Position numbers and translations under genes: made by a program. A DNA stretch of 64,000 nucleotides from assembly GCA_000146465.1 (NCBI GenBank), contig CP001950.1. The stretch is one strand, 5' to 3'. Each line of letters starts with the position of its first letter. Within the stretch, counting starts at the first letter, position 1. Of the stretch, positions 48,792-57,239 are shown in pieces. A model generated the notes under the pieces. It did no database searches and was not told the origin of the DNA. It saw only the letters and a list, made by a program, of their open reading frames with translations.

Positions 48792-48891
48792 CCGGGGTTG
48801 CCTATACTCAATATTAATCAGGCCTTTGCATCTTCCACTAGCAAATAACAAAGAGGTGCACAAATATTAAAATCGATTTTCATCCCTGCTT

Positions 48892-49695
48892 ATGGTTTTC
48901 AAGGAGATTACCATATCGCTTGCATATGTGGCCCAGATAACCATTCTTCTTTCTCTGGACGTCTTATTTCTTCTCTTTACGGTCCAAAGATCCCTCTACT
49001 TCTTTGGGAAGGGAATGAAAAGAAAGCCTGACGCCATACGAGTCCGATTGATTCCTAAGAGCCAGAGCGATCTTTATCTTATAGACGGAATTTCTGGAAT
49101 CGATCTCATCTATCTTCCTGGAAACTTTGTAGCTGTGGAGGAGCATATAGAGTTCTGCAAATATCTATCCAAGATCTTCGAGTGCAATGTGATTTCCATG
49201 GTGTATAGAGGAGTGGCAGGGAACGGATATTCTCCATCTGAGAAGGGCATAGTGGAAGATCTATCTCCAGCCTCTAGATGGCTTTCAAGAAGGAGTACTC
49301 GGAAAGTTATCCTGGGGTTTTCTATAGGATCAGCCGTAGGAATCCGTTTGGCAGAAAAATGTCGTGTTGATGCTCTAGTTCTTATAAACCCGTTTATATC
49401 ACTAAGGGAGGTGGTTGGGAATGTCTCCTTTGGTAGGATTCTGAAGCACCTCGTGATTGATGAGTGGAACAACCTAAACCGAATGAAGAACATCAATGTG
49501 CCTGTCTATTTTGTTGTTTCCTCCAATGACGAAATAGTTTCTCCATCCCATACGGACGAGCTTATCAAAAGAACAAAGCATCCAAAGAAGATTGTGATTC
49601 GCAATGCCGATCACAACGAGCCCATGCGGAATTTCACAACACATTTATGCTCTCTAATGGATGAGGTACTAAGAAAAACACCATCGGGTGGATGA
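48892..49695 (+). CDS. Alpha/beta-hydrolase fold protein
   Basis: Nucleophile elbow GFSIGSAVG (GxSxG). A downstream Asp and His (NADHNE) are consistent with a catalytic triad. Confidence 0.55.
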   Translation: MVFKEITISLAYVAQITILLSLDVLFLLFTVQRSLYFFGKGMKRKPDAIRVRLIPKSQSDLYLIDGISGIDLIYLPGNFVAVEEHIEFCKYLSKIFECNVISMVYRGVAGNGYSPSEKGIVEDLSPASRWLSRRSTRKVILGFSIGSAVGIRLAEKCRVDALVLINPFISLREVVGNVSFGRILKHLVIDEWNNLNRMKNINVPVYFVVSSNDEIVSPSHTDELIKRTKHPKKIVIRNADHNEPMRNFTTHLCSLMDEVLRKTPSGG

Positions 49696-49723
49696 GGAAT
49701 ATGGATTTTATTACCTGCTTGCT

Positions 49724-50737
49724 TTAATGGGGATGAGAACAATGAATTACAGCAGCACTGGTTAGATAACCTGCCAGAAGGGTCAGTATCCCATGGATCC
49801 TGTTTACCTTTGGATGGTTGAACATCGGTGGAATCATTTCAATAGACACCATGAACATTATGCTTCCCAGAGCAAGTCCTTTGAAGATACCTCTGATAGT
49901 CTGGTTGAAGAACCCAGGAGCAGAGCCTATCATGATCCCGATGGGTGTGAGGGACGAGTAGAACACAGCGAGAATCAAGCCGCTTGAAAAGTTAAATCCT
50001 GAAGTGAACAAGGGAACTCCAAGGGCAAAGGACTCAAGGATTTTGTGTAGAATGAGCCCCATCTCCATCGAGCCTATCTTGTCAATAGAGTTGAATGCCA
50101 GTCCCTCGAAGAACGAATGGATGGAAATTCCTAGTATGTATATAAATACTTGTGTCTTCGAAGATGTATTCTTTATAGCTTCACTAGGATCGCAACATCC
50201 TAGTCTCTCCCCCTCTTTTTTGGAGTCATGGGCACTCGAGGCTTTTGCAGAAATTTGAGGAGACTTGATGTTTTTTTTCGCATCTACTACGTGATGGATA
50301 TCTTTTCCATGGCACCCGCCCCCATGGGCATGTTCCTTCTTTTCATTTTCCTCACAGTGCTTGTGTTTTAAAACAATAGAGTCAATGGCCAAAAGAAAGA
50401 TAAAGGAAAGGCCGGCAGTGAAGAATCCAAGAATGGGAGACTCATGGGAATGGTGGCCATGGTTGTGGTCATGTTCTTTGCCTCCATGGCAGTCGGAGAC
50501 CATGTGTGGACTCAGCTCCAGAAGCTGAACACCAAGAAGAAATCCTGCTGTTAGAAGAGTCAGAAAAGGGAATATCCTCTTGACTACTTTTAGAGAAGTA
50601 ATGACTTTTGGACTCAAGCAAATAATTAGTGACGACGAGAACACCATTGCTGCAAACAACACTACTTGTGAATTCATTTTTGAAGGGTGGTAAAATGTTT
50701 GATATTGAATATAGCCTAAAACATAATTCAGCTGCAT
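49724..50737 (-). CDS. ZIP (Zrt/Irt-like) metal transporter
   Basis: His-rich loops (HGGKEHDHNHGHHSHE, HAHGGGCHG). ZIP signature helix HSFFEGLAFN. Confidence 0.75.
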   Translation of the reverse strand: MQLNYVLGYIQYQTFYHPSKMNSQVVLFAAMVFSSSLIICLSPKVITSLKVVKRIFPFLTLLTAGFLLGVQLLELSPHMVSDCHGGKEHDHNHGHHSHESPILGFFTAGLSFIFLLAIDSIVLKHKHCEENEKKEHAHGGGCHGKDIHHVVDAKKNIKSPQISAKASSAHDSKKEGERLGCCDPSEAIKNTSSKTQVFIYILGISIHSFFEGLAFNSIDKIGSMEMGLILHKILESFALGVPLFTSGFNFSSGLILAVFYSSLTPIGIMIGSAPGFFNQTIRGIFKGLALGSIMFMVSIEMIPPMFNHPKVNRIHGILTLLAGYLTSAAVIHCSHPH

Positions 50738-51342
50738 GTCTTTGCTATCTCCTTTCCTATGGAGTTCTTATCTCTTATTCCCAACTTCACTATCCTCTTC
50801 AGATTCTCAGAAATGCCATTGTTTCCACATAGAACTGCATCTGCTATATATTCATACACATCCCTCCGGGAAATTCCTAGTCCCTCAATATACCCAAGGA
50901 ACATGGAAACCACATCTCTACTATCTCCAAGAAGATCGATAGATAAGCAATATCCCTTGTCCTTCATCTTGAAGTGTCTTTCTCTCATCTTGGCCTTCTT
51001 GATGTCTTTTCTATGCTTTACATATTCTCTCTCGATTAGAGCCCTCTCCTCTCTATCAAAAGGCAGCATCTGGGTAGGAGGGCTTTGGAGCCAGATGATG
51101 CTTGCCATTTCCTGCAGATGGATATAAAAATAAAAAAATGATAGAGTTTCCATGGGTGTTCCCTCACTATTTAGGTGGCTACAACTCTCCCATAGGGAGG
51201 CAGTGCACAGCATCATGGAAAAGCCATCTGTAGACTGTCTGTATCTCGACTTTAATGCAATAATCCATACATGCATCAAGCCCGGGTTGGGGTCTGAGGA
51301 AGAGATCGAAAGAGATCTGTATAAGACCGTGGGAGACTTCAT
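50728..51342 (-). CDS. Hypothetical basic protein; the start is uncertain and probably an internal ATG
   Basis: The C-terminal 120 aa are K/R-rich (EREYVKHRKDIKKAKMRERHFKMKDKGY). The N-terminus of the track ORF overlaps the XRN start on the other strand. Confidence 0.3.
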   Translation of the reverse strand: MKSPTVLYRSLSISSSDPNPGLMHVWIIALKSRYRQSTDGFSMMLCTASLWESCSHLNSEGTPMETLSFFYFYIHLQEMASIIWLQSPPTQMLPFDREERALIEREYVKHRKDIKKAKMRERHFKMKDKGYCLSIDLLGDSRDVVSMFLGYIEGLGISRRDVYEYIADAVLCGNNGISENLKRIVKLGIRDKNSIGKEIAKTCS

Positions 51343-53122
51343 TGACTACATCCTCCTCAGAACGCGGCCTAGGAAGCTTCTATACATAGCAATCGATGGG
51401 GTGGCTCCCCGAGCAAAGCTGAGCCACCAACGGGCACGCAGATACAAGTCTGCCCTTGGGAAGAAAGAAGGGAAGGCTCCTGTGTCTACTGGGAAGACAG
51501 ATCCTACAGCGTCGTCAATAAGCGAGAAGACTGAGGAGGCCACCGATGTGGAGTTCACAGGAGAAAGCTCCCTATACGACAAATTCATTGCAGAAGATCT
51601 TTCTGAGTCCTCCTCTCTTGCCATGGATGTGGAGGCCGAGAAATTCGATTTGAATTGCATTACTCCCGGAACACCTTTTATGGAAAGACTCCATAATGTT
51701 CTGATTTCCTATATCCAATACAAGCTCAGCAAAGACCCAGAGGTTTCCCATCTGAGAATAATATACTCCAGTTACCTGGTTCCTGGAGAAGGGGAGCAGA
51801 AGATCATGAGCTTCATAAGAAACCAAATTCCAGCTGCAAAGAACGATGTTCACATGATTTACTCGCCTGATGGAGATCTGATCTTTCTTGGGCTCTCTCT
51901 TTACAAAAGCAGGGTGTTGATAATGAGGGACTACTTCAGTCCAAGCAAAGCACGCAAGAAAAAGATCTGCACAAAATGCGGGCGGACAGGACATTCAAAT
52001 GATGAATGTGGAGTGTTTGACAACTACCACTTTGTGTATGTTAACATTGCGGAGCTTAGATCAAGACTTATCAGGGAGTTCAGAAAACACACGACACAGA
52101 GATTCAACGAGGAAAGACTTCTAAGCGACTGGATATTCCTTTGCTTTCTGCTTGGAAATGATTTTGTGCCATCGATCCCGTGCCTCGACATAAGATTCCA
52201 TTCCATCGATACTTTAACAGAGATTATGATGAAAAACTTTTCGGAGACGAAGTCATACATCACCTGCAATACATCCATCAACTACCAAGTGCTTCGGAAC
52301 TTCTACACTATTCTTGCTCGCAAGGAAGACGGTCTTTACCACCGGAAGTCACAGTCTCTGGACAGACTTAGAGAGGAGTTGAAGGACATGCCGAACATTA
52401 TCTATGAGAAGATTCCAATTCATACAAAAACAGGAAAAATTCAATATTACACCTCGAAGCTGAATGCCAAAACAGACTCTGACATCAAGAACATATGTTA
52501 TGAATACATCAAGGCACTCTACTGGGTATATTCATACTATATTCTTGGATACACCGGATGGGACTGGTATTATCCACACCATTTTGCACCTCTTGCAGCA
52601 GATCTGTCGAAGCTTTCCATCAGTGAGATCCGAATCAACTCTGGGCTTCCCTTGAGGCCTCTAGAGCAGCTTTTGGTTGTCCTCCCGCCAATGAGTAAGG
52701 GAATGGTTCCCCGAGAGCTTCAACCGATATTCAACAACTACAAGGACTACTATCCAGAAGATGTAGAAACCGACATGTTTGATAAGGTTTATCTGTGGCA
52801 AGAAGTTGTTCTTCTTCCGTTCATGGACTTCCGAAGTATTTTGTCCGAAAATGCTTCAAGATTCAACTCCCTTGGATATGAGGATTTAAGCAGAAACCTA
52901 AGAAGTTTAGATCTGTTCTTCACAGTTGACAAGAAGTCTACAGAGACCATCTTGAACATGTACTCGGAGCTCAAGCCAATGTGTTTTATCAAAGACCCTG
53001 GATACACCGGAAATCTCTCCCCTTATTCATCTGCAAGCTTCCCTGGAGACATGGCTGAGTACAACGGTACTCAATTCGTTAACAGAACCATTGCGGGCTT
53101 GATAGAGCCGAAGAAGAATTAA
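51152..53122 (+). CDS. 5'-3' exoribonuclease (XRN2/Rat1-like, truncated) with a CCHC zinc knuckle
   Basis: XRN N-terminus MGVPSLFRWL...CLYLDFNAIIH. Acidic catalytic residues (YIAIDGVAPRAK). Zinc knuckle CTKCGRTGHSNDEC. Confidence 0.8.
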   Translation: MGVPSLFRWLQLSHREAVHSIMEKPSVDCLYLDFNAIIHTCIKPGLGSEEEIERDLYKTVGDFIDYILLRTRPRKLLYIAIDGVAPRAKLSHQRARRYKSALGKKEGKAPVSTGKTDPTASSISEKTEEATDVEFTGESSLYDKFIAEDLSESSSLAMDVEAEKFDLNCITPGTPFMERLHNVLISYIQYKLSKDPEVSHLRIIYSSYLVPGEGEQKIMSFIRNQIPAAKNDVHMIYSPDGDLIFLGLSLYKSRVLIMRDYFSPSKARKKKICTKCGRTGHSNDECGVFDNYHFVYVNIAELRSRLIREFRKHTTQRFNEERLLSDWIFLCFLLGNDFVPSIPCLDIRFHSIDTLTEIMMKNFSETKSYITCNTSINYQVLRNFYTILARKEDGLYHRKSQSLDRLREELKDMPNIIYEKIPIHTKTGKIQYYTSKLNAKTDSDIKNICYEYIKALYWVYSYYILGYTGWDWYYPHHFAPLAADLSKLSISEIRINSGLPLRPLEQLLVVLPPMSKGMVPRELQPIFNNYKDYYPEDVETDMFDKVYLWQEVVLLPFMDFRSILSENASRFNSLGYEDLSRNLRSLDLFFTVDKKSTETILNMYSELKPMCFIKDPGYTGNLSPYSSASFPGDMAEYNGTQFVNRTIAGLIEPKKN

Positions 53123-53139
53123 ATACCGCCTCTGAGTTT

Positions 53140-54417
53140 TTAATCGAAATCCTTCATATCAAATCTCACCACTTCCAGCTCTCTTGTTCCTGTGTCCAGA
53201 ACAACCACTTCATGTCTCTTGGAAAACTTTGGGATTGTAAAAAACAATGTGGAGTTATCTTCGGATTGCCCATCAAGAAACTCGTCGGTGCCTCCTACAC
53301 AGAAATAGTCGATTGGATCCGCCACAACAAATAGGTCTTTTCCTGAGAAAGGCACCGATGGCACAGTATCAGGGGCTGTTGGACAGACATGGCCCGCTTT
53401 CATTAGCACTCTCATTGCATTTATAATGTTCCTTTCACTGTTCATACTTTTTGGCCTTATATCTTCTATCTTCTCCATGTCCAGATGCATTTTGTATTCA
53501 AAGGCCTCTCCCTGGACATCCTTCAGGTCCTGGGGGAGATATCTTAGAATATCTTCAATCACAAATCTTGTTGTGGTTAGTACCTTTCTTCCATCTATGT
53601 CCAACCGGCAGGGATTTGCGTGAGAAGCCACAGCAAATGTAAACAGCTTTGGATGGACAGGCATCAAAGGTAGAATTTTCGATCCAAAGTCTCCTGTGTT
53701 TGGAACAAGATTAATCTTTGCCTTGGCATATCCCAGAACATCATCCAGCTCAGAAAGCATCTGTCTACTGACTTCCTTGCTCTCCCCAAAAAAACTTCCA
53801 ATGACAACATATTCGCTCACCCCAACGATTCTCAGGTAGTCGCATAGAACCATCATTCTTTCTTTGTTTTTACTTCCATCGTCTAGAGAAAGTCCGCTTA
53901 TGAAGCAGAGCCTTTTGCCTGGCCTTACTTCGCTAAAACCCAAAGGAAGGCTCCGGGGATTCGAAAACGGGAAAATAATGTCCTCTGCAAGGAATTTTCC
54001 CTTTTTTGCTCTCCTTCCTTGGACTCCGACACACATCCCGGTGCATAACACAAAATGCTTCCGGTATATATCCCCGACATCGAGGAACTCAAGCTCTATT
54101 CTCCCACTCCCGTCTTCTAAGAGATATTTTATGTCCTCTGTGTAGTATGTCTTCGTTTCCACCTCTTTGAGCTTCTTGGATTTTCTGTCGATCTTGTCGA
54201 ATATCGAAGGCTTCAAGTCGCTGGCCACAAAAAGAGTCCCGACAATCACACATGTTGAGGTATCCAACTCCTCCTCAACCCCAAGAATCGTGTCCAATAT
54301 AGGAACCCCGTTCTGGGCCCTTACAGACCTTATAATATAAGGCTTTAACTCTGCAAGCCTTGCATCATATGTTCTGTTGAATTGGTGCTCGTAGCTCACC
54401 GATGCCAGATCATCCAT
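53140..54417 (-). CDS. DNA polymerase B-subunit family (Pol delta small subunit, or Pol alpha/epsilon B-subunit-like)
   Basis: N-terminal OB-like region and C-terminal calcineurin-like phosphoesterase-fold spacing. Family assignment only. Confidence 0.4.
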   Translation of the reverse strand: MDDLASVSYEHQFNRTYDARLAELKPYIIRSVRAQNGVPILDTILGVEEELDTSTCVIVGTLFVASDLKPSIFDKIDRKSKKLKEVETKTYYTEDIKYLLEDGSGRIELEFLDVGDIYRKHFVLCTGMCVGVQGRRAKKGKFLAEDIIFPFSNPRSLPLGFSEVRPGKRLCFISGLSLDDGSKNKERMMVLCDYLRIVGVSEYVVIGSFFGESKEVSRQMLSELDDVLGYAKAKINLVPNTGDFGSKILPLMPVHPKLFTFAVASHANPCRLDIDGRKVLTTTRFVIEDILRYLPQDLKDVQGEAFEYKMHLDMEKIEDIRPKSMNSERNIINAMRVLMKAGHVCPTAPDTVPSVPFSGKDLFVVADPIDYFCVGGTDEFLDGQSEDNSTLFFTIPKFSKRHEVVVLDTGTRELEVVRFDMKDFD

Positions 54418-54508
54418 AAGAGAAACAGGGGTTAAAGAGGTCTCGTCCCATGGAAAGTAAATAGTTTATTGAAGTGTTGAGGCCATGAGGGTTTATAATA
54501 GAGAAGGC

Positions 54509-55381
54509 CTATCTCCGGAAATGTATATAGAACTCATGGATACTCCCGGCAACCTCCTCTAATATCGGCAGGTCAAAGGGAAAAAAGTATAGGCAGTCGT
54601 GGTCGTGGCTGGAAAACTCTTTGCATTCGTAATCAAACAGCTCACAAAACATCTCAACCACATTCTTGTTCATATATCTCGCCATTCCAGAACTGAAGAT
54701 CCGTTCTATGATGTCCTTTGCATCTGCTACAGACTCTCTTCTGAAGCAAGAGATATACAAAAGACATTGATGAGCTGCAACCGATTGGATCGAAAGAGAC
54801 TTTCCATACGATCGGACATAGGCCTGATAGTCTTGGACATACATTGCCTTAAGACCCTCGTCCACTTTGCACCTCACAATTAAAGATGATAGATAGGGAA
54901 GAAACGCAATTGGATTTTTGCGGACTAGTTCGAGCAGAAACCCAAAGACTGCTTGTGGATTTCGATGGCATAGCTTGAAGAGGAGGAACTGGATGTTCCG
55001 TGTCCTTGAGAGCATCGAAGTCTCAAAGGCCTTGAACACCTCGTCGATCTTGAAGTCGTATATAGCATTGTCTAGATTCTCATATGCAAATAGAAACAGC
55101 TTGATCTTCTCTCTGAGCTTTGCATGGCCTCCCTCTATAGGTGTGTCGTAGTCGGAAACCACCTCGTCCCATTCATCCTGCGTCAGTATCCCATGCATCA
55201 CACTGATGTAGGCATCAAGATTCGTAAGTTCCCGTACAAGACTCTGAATGGTAGGTCTCATCAATGTTCTATCATGTGCGTAGAGTACCATTCTGTCTGC
55301 AACAGACAGATCAATAGGCGCCTTCCTCAAGCTCTCCAGGAATTCCAATCTTTCTTTATAAGTTAACGCCATGGGGATCAA
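54509..55381 (-). CDS. Hypothetical helical protein
   Basis: 290-codon ORF. No motif. Confidence 0.35.
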   Translation of the reverse strand: MIPMALTYKERLEFLESLRKAPIDLSVADRMVLYAHDRTLMRPTIQSLVRELTNLDAYISVMHGILTQDEWDEVVSDYDTPIEGGHAKLREKIKLFLFAYENLDNAIYDFKIDEVFKAFETSMLSRTRNIQFLLFKLCHRNPQAVFGFLLELVRKNPIAFLPYLSSLIVRCKVDEGLKAMYVQDYQAYVRSYGKSLSIQSVAAHQCLLYISCFRRESVADAKDIIERIFSSGMARYMNKNVVEMFCELFDYECKEFSSHDHDCLYFFPFDLPILEEVAGSIHEFYIHFRR

Positions 55382-55440
55382 TTTTTTTACAGTTTAATGC
55401 AAAAGTTCGAATCTACAAGACTAAAGATATTTATTTGGTA

Positions 55441-56514
55441 TTATTTTAAAGACATCTTATCTCTTCCCGGTGGGGGCCCTGATTTCCACTCCTCCTCAAG
55501 CCTCTTGTAGTACTTCTTGTGTTCCTCCAAGTTCGAGAGGGCTTGATTGTATAGGAATCTGAAGTCTTCAAACACTAGGGAAAACGAGTCTGCCAGAGGA
55601 ATCGATATCTTCTCCAACAGATTGACATCTTCAGATATGTCTTGAAGGGTTCTACGATAATTATCATCGTCGTACATCTCCGACCAGAATGCAATCGAGT
55701 TCTTGTTGAAGATTCTGTAGTCCTTGTAGCACGATCCAAGATCGGCTATCTTCACGATCATTTTGAGCTCGATCTCCGATATTTCTCCAGCCGCCTTGTT
55801 CCTTATCTTTCTCCCTTTCCTTTCCTCAAAGTATTTAGTATTGAACTCCTCGATTATCTCTTTGTTCATCTTCAAGTCCGTTGCAAATATCATTTCTTTG
55901 ATGAAGTTCAATTTTTCCCTCATCTCTTCATCCTCCAGGTCTCCAAACAGTGCATGCCTATACTTGCTGATAATCCTTTTGCATATAGTTGCATGGATCA
56001 GTTCAAAGGACATTGTTTCATCAGAGTTCCCGTACAGGCTCGACAGTCTTTCGATCTTTTCTCGGTTTTTCTCTCCAGGATGCCCTATATCGTGTAGTAC
56101 AAGCGCTATCATCAAGCACATCTTATCCATTATCGGTAAAGAGTATTTCTTCTCCAGTCTTTGAAGAATAAAGTCCCCAAAATATAGTGTGTTTATCAAA
56201 TGATCAAGGTTGTGGTACTTATGGGGAAGCATATGAAAAAATGAAAATGAAAAAAAGGAGTCCAATGTCTCCGGACTCACCCCAAGAAGACTAAACCTAG
56301 AATCTCTCAGAATCGTTTTTATAGCTGCCGATATTCCATCGGCAAGAGATATTTCTTCTAGGTGAAAGAACCTGTAAGAAAATAAATTCATTGGAAGGTC
56401 TTCCATCGACTTGGAGCCAAAGTCCTTTCTATCTTGAACAGTTCTTATTATTACATCGAATGCATCCTTAGATATCTCTTTATCTTGATTCATTCCCGTT
56501 TGGATTTCTACCAA
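55441..56514 (-). CDS. HD-domain phosphohydrolase; cyclic-nucleotide-phosphodiesterase-like
   Basis: LVLHDIGHPGEKN resembles the PDEase HD(x)H(x)G(x2)N signature. Helical catalytic-domain length about 330 aa. Confidence 0.45.
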   Translation of the reverse strand: MVEIQTGMNQDKEISKDAFDVIIRTVQDRKDFGSKSMEDLPMNLFSYRFFHLEEISLADGISAAIKTILRDSRFSLLGVSPETLDSFFSFSFFHMLPHKYHNLDHLINTLYFGDFILQRLEKKYSLPIMDKMCLMIALVLHDIGHPGEKNREKIERLSSLYGNSDETMSFELIHATICKRIISKYRHALFGDLEDEEMREKLNFIKEMIFATDLKMNKEIIEEFNTKYFEERKGRKIRNKAAGEISEIELKMIVKIADLGSCYKDYRIFNKNSIAFWSEMYDDDNYRRTLQDISEDVNLLEKISIPLADSFSLVFEDFRFLYNQALSNLEEHKKYYKRLEEEWKSGPPPGRDKMSLK

Positions 56515-56623
56515 GGGTCGATATACAAAGTATTTCTTTATTCTATGCCTTTTGATACGGTTTTTTCTTTAATTTAATATTAAAAAATTTATTCGTTAAC
56601 AATAACCATATCTTCAGGTAATA

Positions 56624-57193
56624 TCATGTAGCCGAAAAGTTAAAATTTTCTCTTTCATTTTCTATAACAGAAATTCCCAGATTGTTTTTGAATGCCTGGA
56701 CTGCGATGATATAATGAGGTGTCTTGAGATCGACCTTTAGAGAAAGGTTTCCTGTTATGAGGTCGAAGACCTTTTCCTTTGTATCTGGGTGGCACATTCT
56801 TCCCTCATACATGATTTTATAGCTCTTGTTTTCATCAAGCCCTCTAATGCTTTCCAGAACTTTCCCTTCATCAAACCGGAAGAATTCTTCCAGAGGCCTT
56901 ATAGGGAGTACATATTCAAATCTCGTTTCTGATTCCCGAAGCTTGGAAAATAGTGCTGAAGACGACTCACTACTTCGGTTCTCTAGGAACAGAATACATC
57001 TGTATCCATCGTGTTTGCGAAACTTTGTTGAGCTTTTATATTCTTCAATTTCCTCTTCAAGAATCTTTCGAATGCTTTTTCCTGCAGTATCTTTCTTTGG
57101 GGTCTCAATCAGCCCCTCTAGCTTTCCAACCACTTCTTTTAGTCCTTTGGTCTCTTTGTTCAGACGGCAGGAGACAAAGAAGCCAGTTCTCAT
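56624..57193 (-). CDS. THUMP-domain protein (Tan1/THUMPD1-like), tentative
   Basis: N-terminus GFFVSCRLNKETKG resembles THUMPD1 (G.LVTC..GKEK). Size 189 aa. Confidence 0.3.
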   Translation of the reverse strand: MRTGFFVSCRLNKETKGLKEVVGKLEGLIETPKKDTAGKSIRKILEEEIEEYKSSTKFRKHDGYRCILFLENRSSESSSALFSKLRESETRFEYVLPIRPLEEFFRFDEGKVLESIRGLDENKSYKIMYEGRMCHPDTKEKVFDLITGNLSLKVDLKTPHYIIAVQAFKNNLGISVIENERENFNFSAT

Positions 57194-57239
57194 GGGGTGA
57201 TGGCGTGATATCTCTTACAGCCTTGCCCCGGAGATCTAA

